Source: Desulfocapsa sulfexigens DSM 10523
GTDB taxonomy: Bacteria; Desulfobacterota; Desulfobulbia; Desulfobulbales; Desulfocapsaceae
Direction: 5' to 3'
Length of the DNA: 32,000 nucleotides
Assembly (NCBI RefSeq): GCF_000341395.1
Contig: NC_020304.1
Location: forward strand, 840,001-872,000
The notes under the pieces are model-generated. The model did not search any database. It was given only the letters and a program-made list of their open reading frames with translations, and was not told where the DNA came from. This document shows, piece by piece, positions 9,826 through 19,178 of the stretch (its first letter is position 1; every line of letters starts with the position of its first letter). A program made the position numbers and the translations under genes.

Positions 9826-11843
9826 AATTTCCAGGTCAGCTTTGCGTAGACACTCTGGCCGATTTCAGTGGCCGGAATAAAATAATCGTGTACAAACTCC
9901 AGGTGATCTGATTCCAGGAGGTTTTGCCCAACCAACATCAATTCGAGCTGTTCAACAGGTGTCCAGATAAAATTGAGATCCAGGGCAACATAGTCATCCA
10001 CTACAATTCCGGTAGAGTAGGTGGCCAGTCCAGCGGCAGCCAGCTGATCGACATAGCGTGCCCAGAAGTTGAAACGAAGTGTTTCACTCAACTCCATGGA
10101 CGAATGTAATGATATCTGATGCTCCGGACTTGATCCTTCCGCAACAAGTTCACTGATGGATCCCCCATAGTTCATTGCAACGCTTGAGGTCATCTGCAGA
10201 TTAATGTAGCTGTAAGAGAGTTCGGTAGCCAGCCAGGAAAGAGGCTTCCATCGACTGCTGATCTCCAGGCCATAACTCTGTCCTTCTAAACCATTCACAA
10301 AGAGAACAGACACCGGATTCTCCGGCAGATAATCAGTCAGGTTTTTATAGTCATTATAAAACAGCGCCATATCCACAGAAAAATCACTGCATGGCGAGTA
10401 GCGGTAGCCCCCTTCATAGGCAATAACTTCCTCTGCCTCCAGCTCTGGATTACCATAAACTGAAACCATGGAAAACGGTGGAGTGGGGAGAGGCCCAGAG
10501 ACAATACGCCCGCCATCTTCTACCCTTGAAGGGGTTCGAACCGCACGGGAAACTGCAGTCCAGATGTTATTCCCCGGATTCACTTTCCAGAGAAGACGGA
10601 TACTGGGCTGGATTTCAACTCCTGTGTAAACGTTGTGCTCCACTTTTGTGCCAAGAGTGAGCTTGATCCCGTCTTCGAACAGGCCGATCTCATCCTGGAT
10701 AAAGCCGCTGAAGAGTTCACTGGTCTGTTCAGCTGGTTCAATACCAACTGTATAGGAATTACTAAACTCGTCAGAAATATTCCGATAGCCTAAACCCCAG
10801 ACGATATCGTTCTTTGTCCACTTGAAATGATGCTGAAAATCGAAATCCACGGTGTGGTGTTTCTGGCCAAGGTAGGTTTCATCCCGCTCGGTTACATCAA
10901 AATATGCCTGAAAGGTCCAGCTGTTTGTCTCAGACAGCTTGTGCTGCCAGCGACCGAGCAGATTATAACCGTCACTTTTAATCTGGTCATCAACGGTTAA
11001 CGGCAGGGGTGTTCCCTCGGCCCATATTGGGAATACGAGTTGGCTGTCATCTCCCTGATACAGGTCTCCCTGCAGAGTCCAGTTATTTTGCAACCCGATA
11101 TCTCCATCCAGGCGAACCCCAGCACTGGAAAGCTGTGAATCATCGTGGGCATCCGTTTCATCAGCCAGTAACTGATAGGAGTCCCGATCATGCCGGTGAA
11201 GGTAAAATCGGCCATAGGTGTCATTGTTTACCTGTGTTCCGTAACGTAAAGATACAATACCGGTTTCATGGTTTCCGGCAGCGACACTGACCAGCCCCCC
11301 CTGGGTGTCGGAAGATTGTTTTGTGATGATATTAATGATGCCGTTCACAGCATTGGCGCCCCAGAGAGTTGCCCCGGGGCCTCGGATAACTTCAATCCGC
11401 TCCACATCCTCCAGCACCACATTCTGCACATCCCAGTACACTCCGGAGTAGGATGGCGTATAGACGCTGCGACCATCGATCTGTACCAGCAGTTTATTGG
11501 AGAACACCCCATTGAAACCACGGGAAGTGATAGCCCATTTAGTAGCAGTCATCCTCGAAACCTGCAGGCCGGGTGCCATGCGAAGTGCCTCGGGTATGGA
11601 AGTGGCACCCGAGTTGTGGATAGCTGCCTGGTCGATCACATAAACTGCAGCCGCTACATCACCAAGATTCTGAGCCTTACGGCCGGCCGAGGTGATCTGG
11701 ATCTCCATCAGCTCGGAGAGATCCAGATCGAGCATCTCTTCCTCCGCAGCCCAGAGTGCAGCAGGAGTGCTTATCAGCAAAATGCAGGACAGCATCATAC
11801 CTGTTTTTAACTTTCGAATTATATGAGACATCTGGTTTTCCAT
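9822..11843 (-). CDS. TonB-dependent outer-membrane receptor
   Basis: 673 aa. Plug domain (AAVYVIDQAAIHNSGATSIPEALRMAPGLQVSR...GFNGVFSNKLLVQIDGRSVYTP...VERIEVIRGPGATLWGANAVNGIINIITK), beta-barrel repeats, C-terminal aromatic WKF. Confidence 0.95.
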   Translation of the reverse strand: MENQMSHIIRKLKTGMMLSCILLISTPAALWAAEEEMLDLDLSELMEIQITSAGRKAQNLGDVAAAVYVIDQAAIHNSGATSIPEALRMAPGLQVSRMTATKWAITSRGFNGVFSNKLLVQIDGRSVYTPSYSGVYWDVQNVVLEDVERIEVIRGPGATLWGANAVNGIINIITKQSSDTQGGLVSVAAGNHETGIVSLRYGTQVNNDTYGRFYLHRHDRDSYQLLADETDAHDDSQLSSAGVRLDGDIGLQNNWTLQGDLYQGDDSQLVFPIWAEGTPLPLTVDDQIKSDGYNLLGRWQHKLSETNSWTFQAYFDVTERDETYLGQKHHTVDFDFQHHFKWTKNDIVWGLGYRNISDEFSNSYTVGIEPAEQTSELFSGFIQDEIGLFEDGIKLTLGTKVEHNVYTGVEIQPSIRLLWKVNPGNNIWTAVSRAVRTPSRVEDGGRIVSGPLPTPPFSMVSVYGNPELEAEEVIAYEGGYRYSPCSDFSVDMALFYNDYKNLTDYLPENPVSVLFVNGLEGQSYGLEISSRWKPLSWLATELSYSYINLQMTSSVAMNYGGSISELVAEGSSPEHQISLHSSMELSETLRFNFWARYVDQLAAAGLATYSTGIVVDDYVALDLNFIWTPVEQLELMLVGQNLLESDHLEFVHDYFIPATEIGQSVYAKLTWKF

Positions 11844-11949
11844 AACAAATATAATCAGTACAAATCATCTTTTACTATTGTTTCACAAGAGAGTATTAAT
11901 CCCACCTATAAAAATAAAATTGACATTTTTTTCACAGCAACAAGTCCTT

Positions 11950-14241
11950 TCACTCTGGGCTTAAAGCAGAGTTGATCCCCTCTCGGAGTTCTTTCATGTC
12001 AAATGGTTTTGACACCGCTGCACAAAATCCATAATCACGATAATGAGAAAGAACCTGGTCGTTCGAGTAGCCACTGGAAACTATTATTTTTGCTTCAGGA
12101 GCCAGTTGCAGCAGTTTACGGGCAGCTTCCTTTCCCCCCATGCCACCGGGAATAGTAAGATCCATAATTACAAGATCAACAGGTGTCCCCTTCGCCTCCA
12201 TCTCCTGATATAACCGTATTGCCTCATTACCATCAACGGCAAGAATTGCCTCGTGACCAAGGGAGGCAAGTTGCGCCTCAACCAATACACGGATCATCTT
12301 ATCATCATCCATCACCATAATCCTGGATGCCCTTGGCAATGGCATGCTTTTCTCATTTTTGTTAGTGCTGCAAACAGCACCGGGGTCAGCCGGGAGATAA
12401 ATGTTAAAGGTCGTTCCCTGACCGGGACTCGAATGAACCGTTATACTTCCATGATGCTTTAGAATAATCGTATGACTGATAGCCAGCCCTAAACCATTGC
12501 CCTCTTCTTTCGTACTGAAATAGGGGTCGAAGATGTTATTTATAATTTCCTGCGGAATCCCCGATCCGCTATCTTGGAGAGTAATGCGGACAAAGAAATC
12601 ATCACTATGCCTGCTCACCAGAAGCTCGGAAGAACCGGCTTCAATGTTCTCACAGCTGATGTTCATTGTCCCACCCAGCGGCATGGCATGTATGGCGTTA
12701 ATGACCAGATTCTGTATAACCTGGCTGACCTGTCCACTATCCACCTGAACCATCCATAAATCATCCGGAAAAAAATACTCACAGGAAACCTTGGAGCCAT
12801 GGAGAACAAAATCTGCTGATTCCTGAATAAGCTGGGCCAAAGCAGTGCATTCCTTTACCGGTTCACCTCCTTTTGAAAAAGTTAAGAGCTGCTGAGTCAG
12901 TTTTGTCGCCCTTTTGGCAGCCTTTTGAGCGTCTGCAAGAAGAGAAAATGCTGTATCATTCTTTTTAAGGTGTGCTGTAGCGAGCTCAATATTTCCAAGG
13001 ATAACTGAAAGAATATTATTAAAATCATGGGCAATCCCTCCGGCAAGGACCCCAACCGATTCAAGTTTTTTGGCCCTGAAGAGTTCTTCCTCCATCTGCT
13101 GTTTCTCTGTAATATCGCGTGCGAGCATAAGGAAATGAAAGGATGTCTCTGAGACCTGTTTCTTAGAAGTGGAAAGTTCAAACCAGTGCTCTCCTTCTGC
13201 CAGGGGCAGCCTGATTATCTGGCCATGAGATATACCCTGCTCTGCAGCTTTCTCAATAGCCTCCATCACCACCCTGGAGGCATCAGCGGGAAGGATCTCG
13301 CTCACCGTATGCCCCAGAAGGATCTCTTCTTGAGCAGCCAGAAGCGTTGCATCCTGAGCCCAGATTTCGATATATTTCCCTCTTCTGTCGAGCTCGAACA
13401 TAAGATCTGGAATGGCAAGCAAGGTAGCATCGAGATCGGCATTGGCCCTTCGCAGCTGTTCTTCAGTGGATTCCCGACTCTCAATTTCCTTCATCAGTTC
13501 CTGGTTTCTCTCCTGTAATTCAAGAGTGCCACGAACAATCAGTCCTTCTCTCTCATCGATTTCATCGTTCAGCTCGTCAATTAAAAGCGCATTCTCTTCC
13601 TGCAGTCGTATTGACCGCAGAATGTTTTTATTTAGATTGCGGGCAAACAGAATCGTCATGATCAGGTATATGGTCACCGCAAGCGCCAGCCATTGATAAG
13701 AACTGTCCTGGTAACAAAACAGGTTACCAGCCAAAACTGCTCCCTGGGGGAGGATATAGAGGATAACAGCCGGCAGGGAAGCAGCCAGAACAGGAACAGC
13801 CACACTGATAACCCCAAACGCCAGGAAGACCAGTGCAGCAAAAACGAAAGGATCATTCTCGTCATTGAGAAGGAAATATACCAGACTCCAGGCTACTCCA
13901 ACCAGCCCGCACCCAACACAATAGGAAACTAACCAGCCTGAAGAAGAGCGTAATTCCGGTCGTTTTTTTCTAAGATACCACAGTCCGATACGGTATGAAG
14001 CCGTAACAAACAAAGCCAACAACCACACAAGGAGAAGAGGCGAATCCAGACGTGGCTGCAATAAAGAGTAATAAAGAAAAGAGACGAGGAAGATGACTGT
14101 GTTGGACACGGGGGCCTGCATATACAGCAGACGGACTCGTTCATCCTCAACAAAAGATGACTTCGAAAGAGAATTACCAGCAGAAAATGCGGGGTGAGAT
14201 TCTGTCATTTGTGAAGATCTCTGGTCATCAAAGCAAGACAA
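11950..14241 (-). CDS. Multi-pass membrane hybrid histidine kinase (7TM-like region-PAS-HisKA-HATPase-REC)
   Basis: 763 aa. Multiple TM helices, then PAS-like region, H-box ESVGVLAGGIAHDFNNILSVILGN, GNGLGLAISHTIILKHHG, C-terminal REC (RIMVMDDDKMIRVLVEAQL...VDLVIMDLTIPGGMGGKEA). Confidence 0.93.
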   Translation of the reverse strand: MSCFDDQRSSQMTESHPAFSAGNSLSKSSFVEDERVRLLYMQAPVSNTVIFLVSFLYYSLLQPRLDSPLLLVWLLALFVTASYRIGLWYLRKKRPELRSSSGWLVSYCVGCGLVGVAWSLVYFLLNDENDPFVFAALVFLAFGVISVAVPVLAASLPAVILYILPQGAVLAGNLFCYQDSSYQWLALAVTIYLIMTILFARNLNKNILRSIRLQEENALLIDELNDEIDEREGLIVRGTLELQERNQELMKEIESRESTEEQLRRANADLDATLLAIPDLMFELDRRGKYIEIWAQDATLLAAQEEILLGHTVSEILPADASRVVMEAIEKAAEQGISHGQIIRLPLAEGEHWFELSTSKKQVSETSFHFLMLARDITEKQQMEEELFRAKKLESVGVLAGGIAHDFNNILSVILGNIELATAHLKKNDTAFSLLADAQKAAKRATKLTQQLLTFSKGGEPVKECTALAQLIQESADFVLHGSKVSCEYFFPDDLWMVQVDSGQVSQVIQNLVINAIHAMPLGGTMNISCENIEAGSSELLVSRHSDDFFVRITLQDSGSGIPQEIINNIFDPYFSTKEEGNGLGLAISHTIILKHHGSITVHSSPGQGTTFNIYLPADPGAVCSTNKNEKSMPLPRASRIMVMDDDKMIRVLVEAQLASLGHEAILAVDGNEAIRLYQEMEAKGTPVDLVIMDLTIPGGMGGKEAARKLLQLAPEAKIIVSSGYSNDQVLSHYRDYGFCAAVSKPFDMKELREGINSALSPE

Positions 14242-14456
14242 AGCCTGCTCCCGTGAGTACTTCGCTGAAGTAGTTTTCTAACTGCAGACTGGCAGCAAAC
14301 ACTTCGTTCTAAGCTCAGCTTCTAACATTTGTTCAAATAATTTTCGATACGAGCTTTATTTACTCAGAATCTCATAAAAGCTATCCATTGGTCAAGCACA
14401 ATCACAGAAAAAAACCAGCACAGAAACCATAATCACATGATATTATAAACAAAAAA

Positions 14457-14927
14457 TCAAAAAGAACCATGAAAGGCAATGACTGAATTTTTGTCACGGC
14501 TCATTATCTGTTGAGCAACTTTTGCCGGAACGACTTCATAGCCATCTCCGGATTTAACGATTGCCAGCTGTCCACGACTCAGCTGTTCCGTCATTTCTTC
14601 CGAAACGAATATCCGTTCTATTTTACTCTGCACTACAAAGTGGTACGGGTCACCACTGTCATCGCGATCCAGCTTGTTTTGCTCTATAAGTTGTTTCACC
14701 TGTGCCTTTTGCTCGCGCTGCAGCTTTTCCGCAGCATGTTTTCGATTCAGTTCACGGTTACGTTCTGCCTGAGCTGCCTGCTCCTCCCTGGCCCGGCTAC
14801 TGATCTGAACCGAAGAATCTTCCTTTTTCTGCTTGCGATTAAGATGTTTTTCACGTTTCACCTTGTTGGCCTGCTTCTTGTTGACCAGCCCGGCCTTCAG
14901 AAGCTGATCCTGAAATGGATTTCCCAT
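14457..14927 (-). CDS. DUF2058 / YaiL-family nucleoid/RNA-associated-like protein
   Basis: Track ORF 14457..15017, but the family-typical start is MGNPFQDQLLKAGLVNKKQANKVKREKHLNRKQKK at 14927, with ggaaat...upstream; C-terminus VVQSKIERIFVSEEMTEQLSRGQLAIVKSGDGYEVVPAKVAQQI. Confidence 0.85.
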   Translation of the reverse strand: MGNPFQDQLLKAGLVNKKQANKVKREKHLNRKQKKEDSSVQISSRAREEQAAQAERNRELNRKHAAEKLQREQKAQVKQLIEQNKLDRDDSGDPYHFVVQSKIERIFVSEEMTEQLSRGQLAIVKSGDGYEVVPAKVAQQIMSRDKNSVIAFHGSF

Positions 14928-15051
14928 GGTTTTTATTTCCTTTACAAAGTAATCTGTCTGATCTGAAAATGCGGGAGTGCTGTAACTCTCCTGAAAATAC
15001 TTTAACCGACAAAGCATCCTTACAACAGTTTTTCTTTATCCCGAGAATTCC

Positions 15052-16680
15052 ATGATCCATTTGAACAATATCTCCAAACAATACGGAAGCCAGATTATCC
15101 TGAACAAATCCAGTCTTCAGATCCTGCCGGGGGTCCGAACCGGACTCGTTGGACCGAATGGTGCTGGAAAAAGTACTATATTCCGCCTGATAACTGGCGA
15201 AGAAGAGGTCGATAGTGGCGAAATATCCTGCTCAAAGAAAACAGTACTCGGCTATTTTTCCCAGGAAACAGGAGAGATGGCCGGACGCTCGGCACTGGAA
15301 GAAACCATGTCTGCCGTGGCCGAAGTGATGGCACTTGCCGAAGAAATTGCAGAGATGGAAACAGCCATGGCGGTACCCATGGCCGATGACGAGCTGACCG
15401 CACTGCTTGAGCGGTACGGAGATGCTCAAGAAGAATTTGAACACCGGGGCGGTTATGACCTTGAAACCCGTGCTAAATCTGTCCTCACCGGGCTTGGCAT
15501 CGGGCCGGATGATTTTAATCGTCCGGTTGAATCCTTCAGTGGTGGCTGGAAAATGCGCATTGCCCTTGCTAAAATTCTTACCATCAACCCCGATGTCCTC
15601 CTCCTCGATGAACCCACCAATCATCTTGACATCGAATCCATCCTGTGGCTTGAGGGGTGGCTCAAAGATGATTTCAAGGGTGCATTGCTCATGACAAGCC
15701 ATGATCGAACCTTTATGAACTCTATTGTCAGCCGCATCGTAGAAGTTTCCAACAAAACGGCAACAACCTATGGAGGGAACTACGACTTTTATCTCCAGGA
15801 ACGGGAAATTCGGCGTAAAAACCTTCTCGCCAGCTATCGCAGACAACAGGAGATGCTGGCCAAAGAAGAAGATTTTATTGCCCGCTTTGCAGCACGGGTC
15901 TCCCATGCCGCCCAGGTGCAATCACGTATAAAAAAACTGGAGAAGATAGAACGCATCGAATTACCGCCTGAACAGAAAACCATGCGTTTCAGCTTTCCAG
16001 AACCTCCTCGCAGTGGAGACGATGTGGTTGCCATGGAAGAACTCGGCAAATCATGGGATCTGGAAGATGGTGGTAAAAAAGATGTATTCAGCGGAGTGAG
16101 CGGTATGATCCGGCGCCAGGAAAAGATCGCGGTGGTCGGAGTAAACGGTGCCGGAAAATCCACCTTTCTGAAAGTGCTGGCCGGAGAAACACAAGCAACT
16201 GAAGGAAGCATCACTTTAGGTGCTAATGTATCAGTCGGATATTTCAGTCAACACTCAATGGACGTCCTCGATGGAAACAGGACTGTCTTTGAAACTCTGC
16301 AAGAGGTGATGCCCCAGGATCATATCGGAACAATTCGCAATCTCTGCGCCGCCTTTCTCTTTCAGGGGGATGATGCAGACAAACGCATATCACTGCTTTC
16401 GGGTGGTGAAAAGAGTCGTGTTGTACTCGCCACCCTTCTGGCCCGCCCGCTCAACTTCCTGATCCTTGATGAACCCACCAACCATCTGGATATGCAATCC
16501 CGGGAAATACTCCTGGAAGAACTGCAGAAATTCACCGGCACTGTTCTCCTTGTGAGCCATGATCGCCATTTTCTTCACTCACTGGTCGATCATGTCATGG
16601 AAATTGACCATGGTGAAATGCGCCTCTATGGTGGCAGCTACGACTATTACCTTCGAAAATCCGTGGCGTTACAGGAGTAA
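15052..16680 (+). CDS. ABC-F family ATPase (duplicated ABC domains, ribosome-associated class)
   Basis: Two Walker A (GPNGAGKST, GVNGAGKST), two signature motifs (FSGGWKMR, LSGGEKSR), two Walker B (LLLDEPTNHLD, LILDEPTNHLD), no TM segments. Confidence 0.95.
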   Translation: MIHLNNISKQYGSQIILNKSSLQILPGVRTGLVGPNGAGKSTIFRLITGEEEVDSGEISCSKKTVLGYFSQETGEMAGRSALEETMSAVAEVMALAEEIAEMETAMAVPMADDELTALLERYGDAQEEFEHRGGYDLETRAKSVLTGLGIGPDDFNRPVESFSGGWKMRIALAKILTINPDVLLLDEPTNHLDIESILWLEGWLKDDFKGALLMTSHDRTFMNSIVSRIVEVSNKTATTYGGNYDFYLQEREIRRKNLLASYRRQQEMLAKEEDFIARFAARVSHAAQVQSRIKKLEKIERIELPPEQKTMRFSFPEPPRSGDDVVAMEELGKSWDLEDGGKKDVFSGVSGMIRRQEKIAVVGVNGAGKSTFLKVLAGETQATEGSITLGANVSVGYFSQHSMDVLDGNRTVFETLQEVMPQDHIGTIRNLCAAFLFQGDDADKRISLLSGGEKSRVVLATLLARPLNFLILDEPTNHLDMQSREILLEELQKFTGTVLLVSHDRHFLHSLVDHVMEIDHGEMRLYGGSYDYYLRKSVALQE

Positions 16681-16802
16681 CCTTGACAAACGACGGGTAG
16701 GCCACCACTTCACCATCATTTGTAGCTCCTAGCTGTTTAGTGTAACATGAATCATATGACTGTAGGATTTTGTTCAACTATTATTTTTCCAGAGGTATAA
16801 CC

Positions 16803-17987
16803 ATGAAATGTCCAAGCTGTGGAAATAATCAGAAAAACACACTTGAATGTGAACGCTGCGGCATCATTTTTGAGAAATACAGGGCACGGCAGCAGCGTCT
16901 TGCCGAAGTCAAACTGGCCAGCGAGGAGCAGAATGAGAAAAAGAAAAAATCACTTTCCAGCCTGGTAATTGGTCTCATGGTTGGACTGCTGGTCGGTGGC
17001 GGAGCTTTCTTTTACTTTGGAAAAGGGTCCGATACAGCAGTCCCACCTGCTGATTTTACCGAAGCATTTCCACAACAACAGGAAGTCAGCGAAAAAATTC
17101 AGGATACGGTGGTCACAGGACAAGAATCAATGCCACAAGTGCCACAGCAAAACAACAGGCATACATCACTAGAAGGACTGGCCGCACAACTGCACGAAAA
17201 ACATCCTGCCACGACTGCCATAGAAAAAGCACGTAACGCCACGGTCTTTATCAAAACCAGCTGGGGAAGCGGTACCGGTTTTTTTGTCTCAAACAATGGA
17301 CTGATCATTACCAATAAACATGTACTCCAGATGCAGGAAAAAGATATTAATGCGCTCAATGATAATGCAGAGAAGGGGGCAAAACTTCTGGATGGTGAGA
17401 GAAAAAGAATAGAATATCTCAAGAGTCAAGTTTCACGGATAGGCGACGAAGGGATGCGCCAGCAGCTCAAAGAAGATATCAGAGCCCGGGAACAGGAATA
17501 TGCAAAGTACAGTGCACTGCATCAGCAGTTACTGGACCAGATCTCCACTATAGAGACGGCTTCACCAACCAACGACGTTGAAGTTATCCTCATCGATGGC
17601 AGTACCTGGCCGGTGAATTCCGTCACCATCAGTGAGCGCCACGACCTGGCTCTCATATCCATTGACGCCTATTCATCCCCCTATCTCTCCATATCGCGCA
17701 GCCAAAGAGACCAGGGGCAGAAGGTCTATACCGTGGGCAATCCCCACGGCCTGAGACATACCGTGACATCGGGGGTCATCTCCGGCTACAGAAACTATAA
17801 CGGAGAATTTTTCATCCAGACCGATGCTCCGATAAATCCCGGCAACAGTGGCGGCCCCTTAGTGGATGAAGCCGGAAAAGTACTCGGTGTGAACACCATG
17901 ATCATTCGGGATACCGAAGGGATCGGATTTGCAATCCCCATGAAATCGGTTTTTGAAGAATTTGGAAACTATATTTCAGTGAAATAA
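16803..17987 (+). CDS. Membrane-anchored trypsin-like (S1/HtrA-type) serine protease with N-terminal zinc ribbon and coiled-coil insert
   Basis: The track ORF starts at 16770, but ATG at 16803 follows agaggtataacc and starts the zinc ribbon MKCPSCGNNQKNTLECERCGIIFEKY. One TM (SLVIGLMVGLLVGGGAFFYF). Catalytic triad motifs ITNKH, ERHDLALI, PGNSGGP. Confidence 0.9.
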   Translation: MKCPSCGNNQKNTLECERCGIIFEKYRARQQRLAEVKLASEEQNEKKKKSLSSLVIGLMVGLLVGGGAFFYFGKGSDTAVPPADFTEAFPQQQEVSEKIQDTVVTGQESMPQVPQQNNRHTSLEGLAAQLHEKHPATTAIEKARNATVFIKTSWGSGTGFFVSNNGLIITNKHVLQMQEKDINALNDNAEKGAKLLDGERKRIEYLKSQVSRIGDEGMRQQLKEDIRAREQEYAKYSALHQQLLDQISTIETASPTNDVEVILIDGSTWPVNSVTISERHDLALISIDAYSSPYLSISRSQRDQGQKVYTVGNPHGLRHTVTSGVISGYRNYNGEFFIQTDAPINPGNSGGPLVDEAGKVLGVNTMIIRDTEGIGFAIPMKSVFEEFGNYISVK

Positions 17988-18041
17988 TCGTTTGTGAGAC
18001 ACAGAAGAAATGTGTGAATACAGGAACCAGCAATAGAGACA

Positions 18042-19178
18042 GTGCAAACACAAAAAGACACGCCACTCTTCGGGAAAGAGCAGGCCGCCCATATCAAAGG
18101 GGCAGCCATTATCATGTTGATTCTGCATCACCTCTTTCTTTTTCCCTCCAACAAACCCTGGTTCACCAGCATTATAGGGAATCGCTGGGGTGGTATTGAG
18201 TTTTTCATCTCCTCGGTAAGTAAGCTCTGCATCCCGCTTTTTTTCTTTGTTAGTGGCTATGGTCTCTGGCAGGCTTCCCGCTCCGACCAGCACCTTTGGA
18301 AAAGCACCTTCCGCCGCCTGCGAGCTATTTACACCATCTATATTGTTACGGTGGTAATAACAGTGCTCCTGTACTTCTTTGTAAACGGCTCCTGGGTACT
18401 GCTGTCAAGACGACATGCCGCTGAAACATTTCTTGGCACCAATATAGCCATTAACGGCTCCTGGTGGTTTTTCATTATCTACGTTGAACTCCTTCTTCTC
18501 ACACCTCTGGCTGTCCATTTTGTGAGAAGGTTTTCCTGGCTATATCTGGCATTACTTTCATCCTTTGTCTATCTGTTGTCTCCCGAAAGCGGCTTCAGTT
18601 TTTTTGCGGACCAGATCGCCAGGCTCGACCTCTCTGCCATTATGTACGAACCATTTCCCCTGAACCTCCTCTGGTTCAATCAGTTTTACTTTTTTACAGG
18701 GTTTTGCCTTGCAGCTTCGGGTCTTTTTGAAACCATCCTTCGTGGCTCGATAAAAACAATGGGCCGTTCCCTGTTGCGATACGGCATTGCCCTTGGCCTT
18801 ATTGGAGCAATCTTCTGTTTTCGCTATTATCTGATCGATATCAGCTCGGCTCTTGGAATTCTTTCAAAGGAAGGATTAAATATCTTTCAACGCACTCTTA
18901 TCAGAACCAGGGCCGATTTCATTCTGGGCCCCCTGCTGATTTACGCCATGGTTCTTCTCCTGCATCACCACAGATTACGATCACTCGCATTCCTGGGCAA
19001 TCACTCCGCACCAATCTGGCTGATCCACGGAACAGTGATAGCACTACTATTACAGCCCATGAAAAGTATTCGTCCCTGGTCACCGCTTGTCTTCTTTCTG
19101 GTGTTGTCTCTCTGTGTACTCTATGCTCTTGCCTATTCATCTGTCGCCAGCTGGTTACGAAAGAAATGGCTACATTGA
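18042..19178 (+). CDS. Acyltransferase family 3 (OafA/YrhL-like) integral membrane protein, GTG start
   Basis: 378 aa. Multi-TM with KGAAIIMLILHHLFLF near the N-terminus, GGIEFFISSVSKLCIPLFFFVSGYGLW, INGSWWFFIIYVELLLLTPLAVHFV. Confidence 0.85.
   Translation: MQTQKDTPLFGKEQAAHIKGAAIIMLILHHLFLFPSNKPWFTSIIGNRWGGIEFFISSVSKLCIPLFFFVSGYGLWQASRSDQHLWKSTFRRLRAIYTIYIVTVVITVLLYFFVNGSWVLLSRRHAAETFLGTNIAINGSWWFFIIYVELLLLTPLAVHFVRRFSWLYLALLSSFVYLLSPESGFSFFADQIARLDLSAIMYEPFPLNLLWFNQFYFFTGFCLAASGLFETILRGSIKTMGRSLLRYGIALGLIGAIFCFRYYLIDISSALGILSKEGLNIFQRTLIRTRADFILGPLLIYAMVLLLHHHRLRSLAFLGNHSAPIWLIHGTVIALLLQPMKSIRPWSPLVFFLVLSLCVLYALAYSSVASWLRKKWLH

Noticed and set aside
14928-15017. N-terminal extension of the DUF2058 ORF (MLCRLKYFQESYSTPAFSDQTDYFVKEIKT)
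   Set aside because: The family-like start is MGNPFQDQLLKAG at 14927 with a purine-rich ggaaat region upstream; the extension looks like untranslated sequence.
15232-15921. 229-aa minus-strand ORF opposite the ABC-F gene
   Set aside because: It lies entirely inside a well-supported ABC-F ATPase. The Cys/His-rich random-looking translation is a typical shadow ORF.
16682-16687. TTGACA match just after the ABC-F stop codon, considered as a -35 box for the protease gene
   Set aside because: No convincing -10 element at 16-18 bp spacing, so it is not reported as a promoter.
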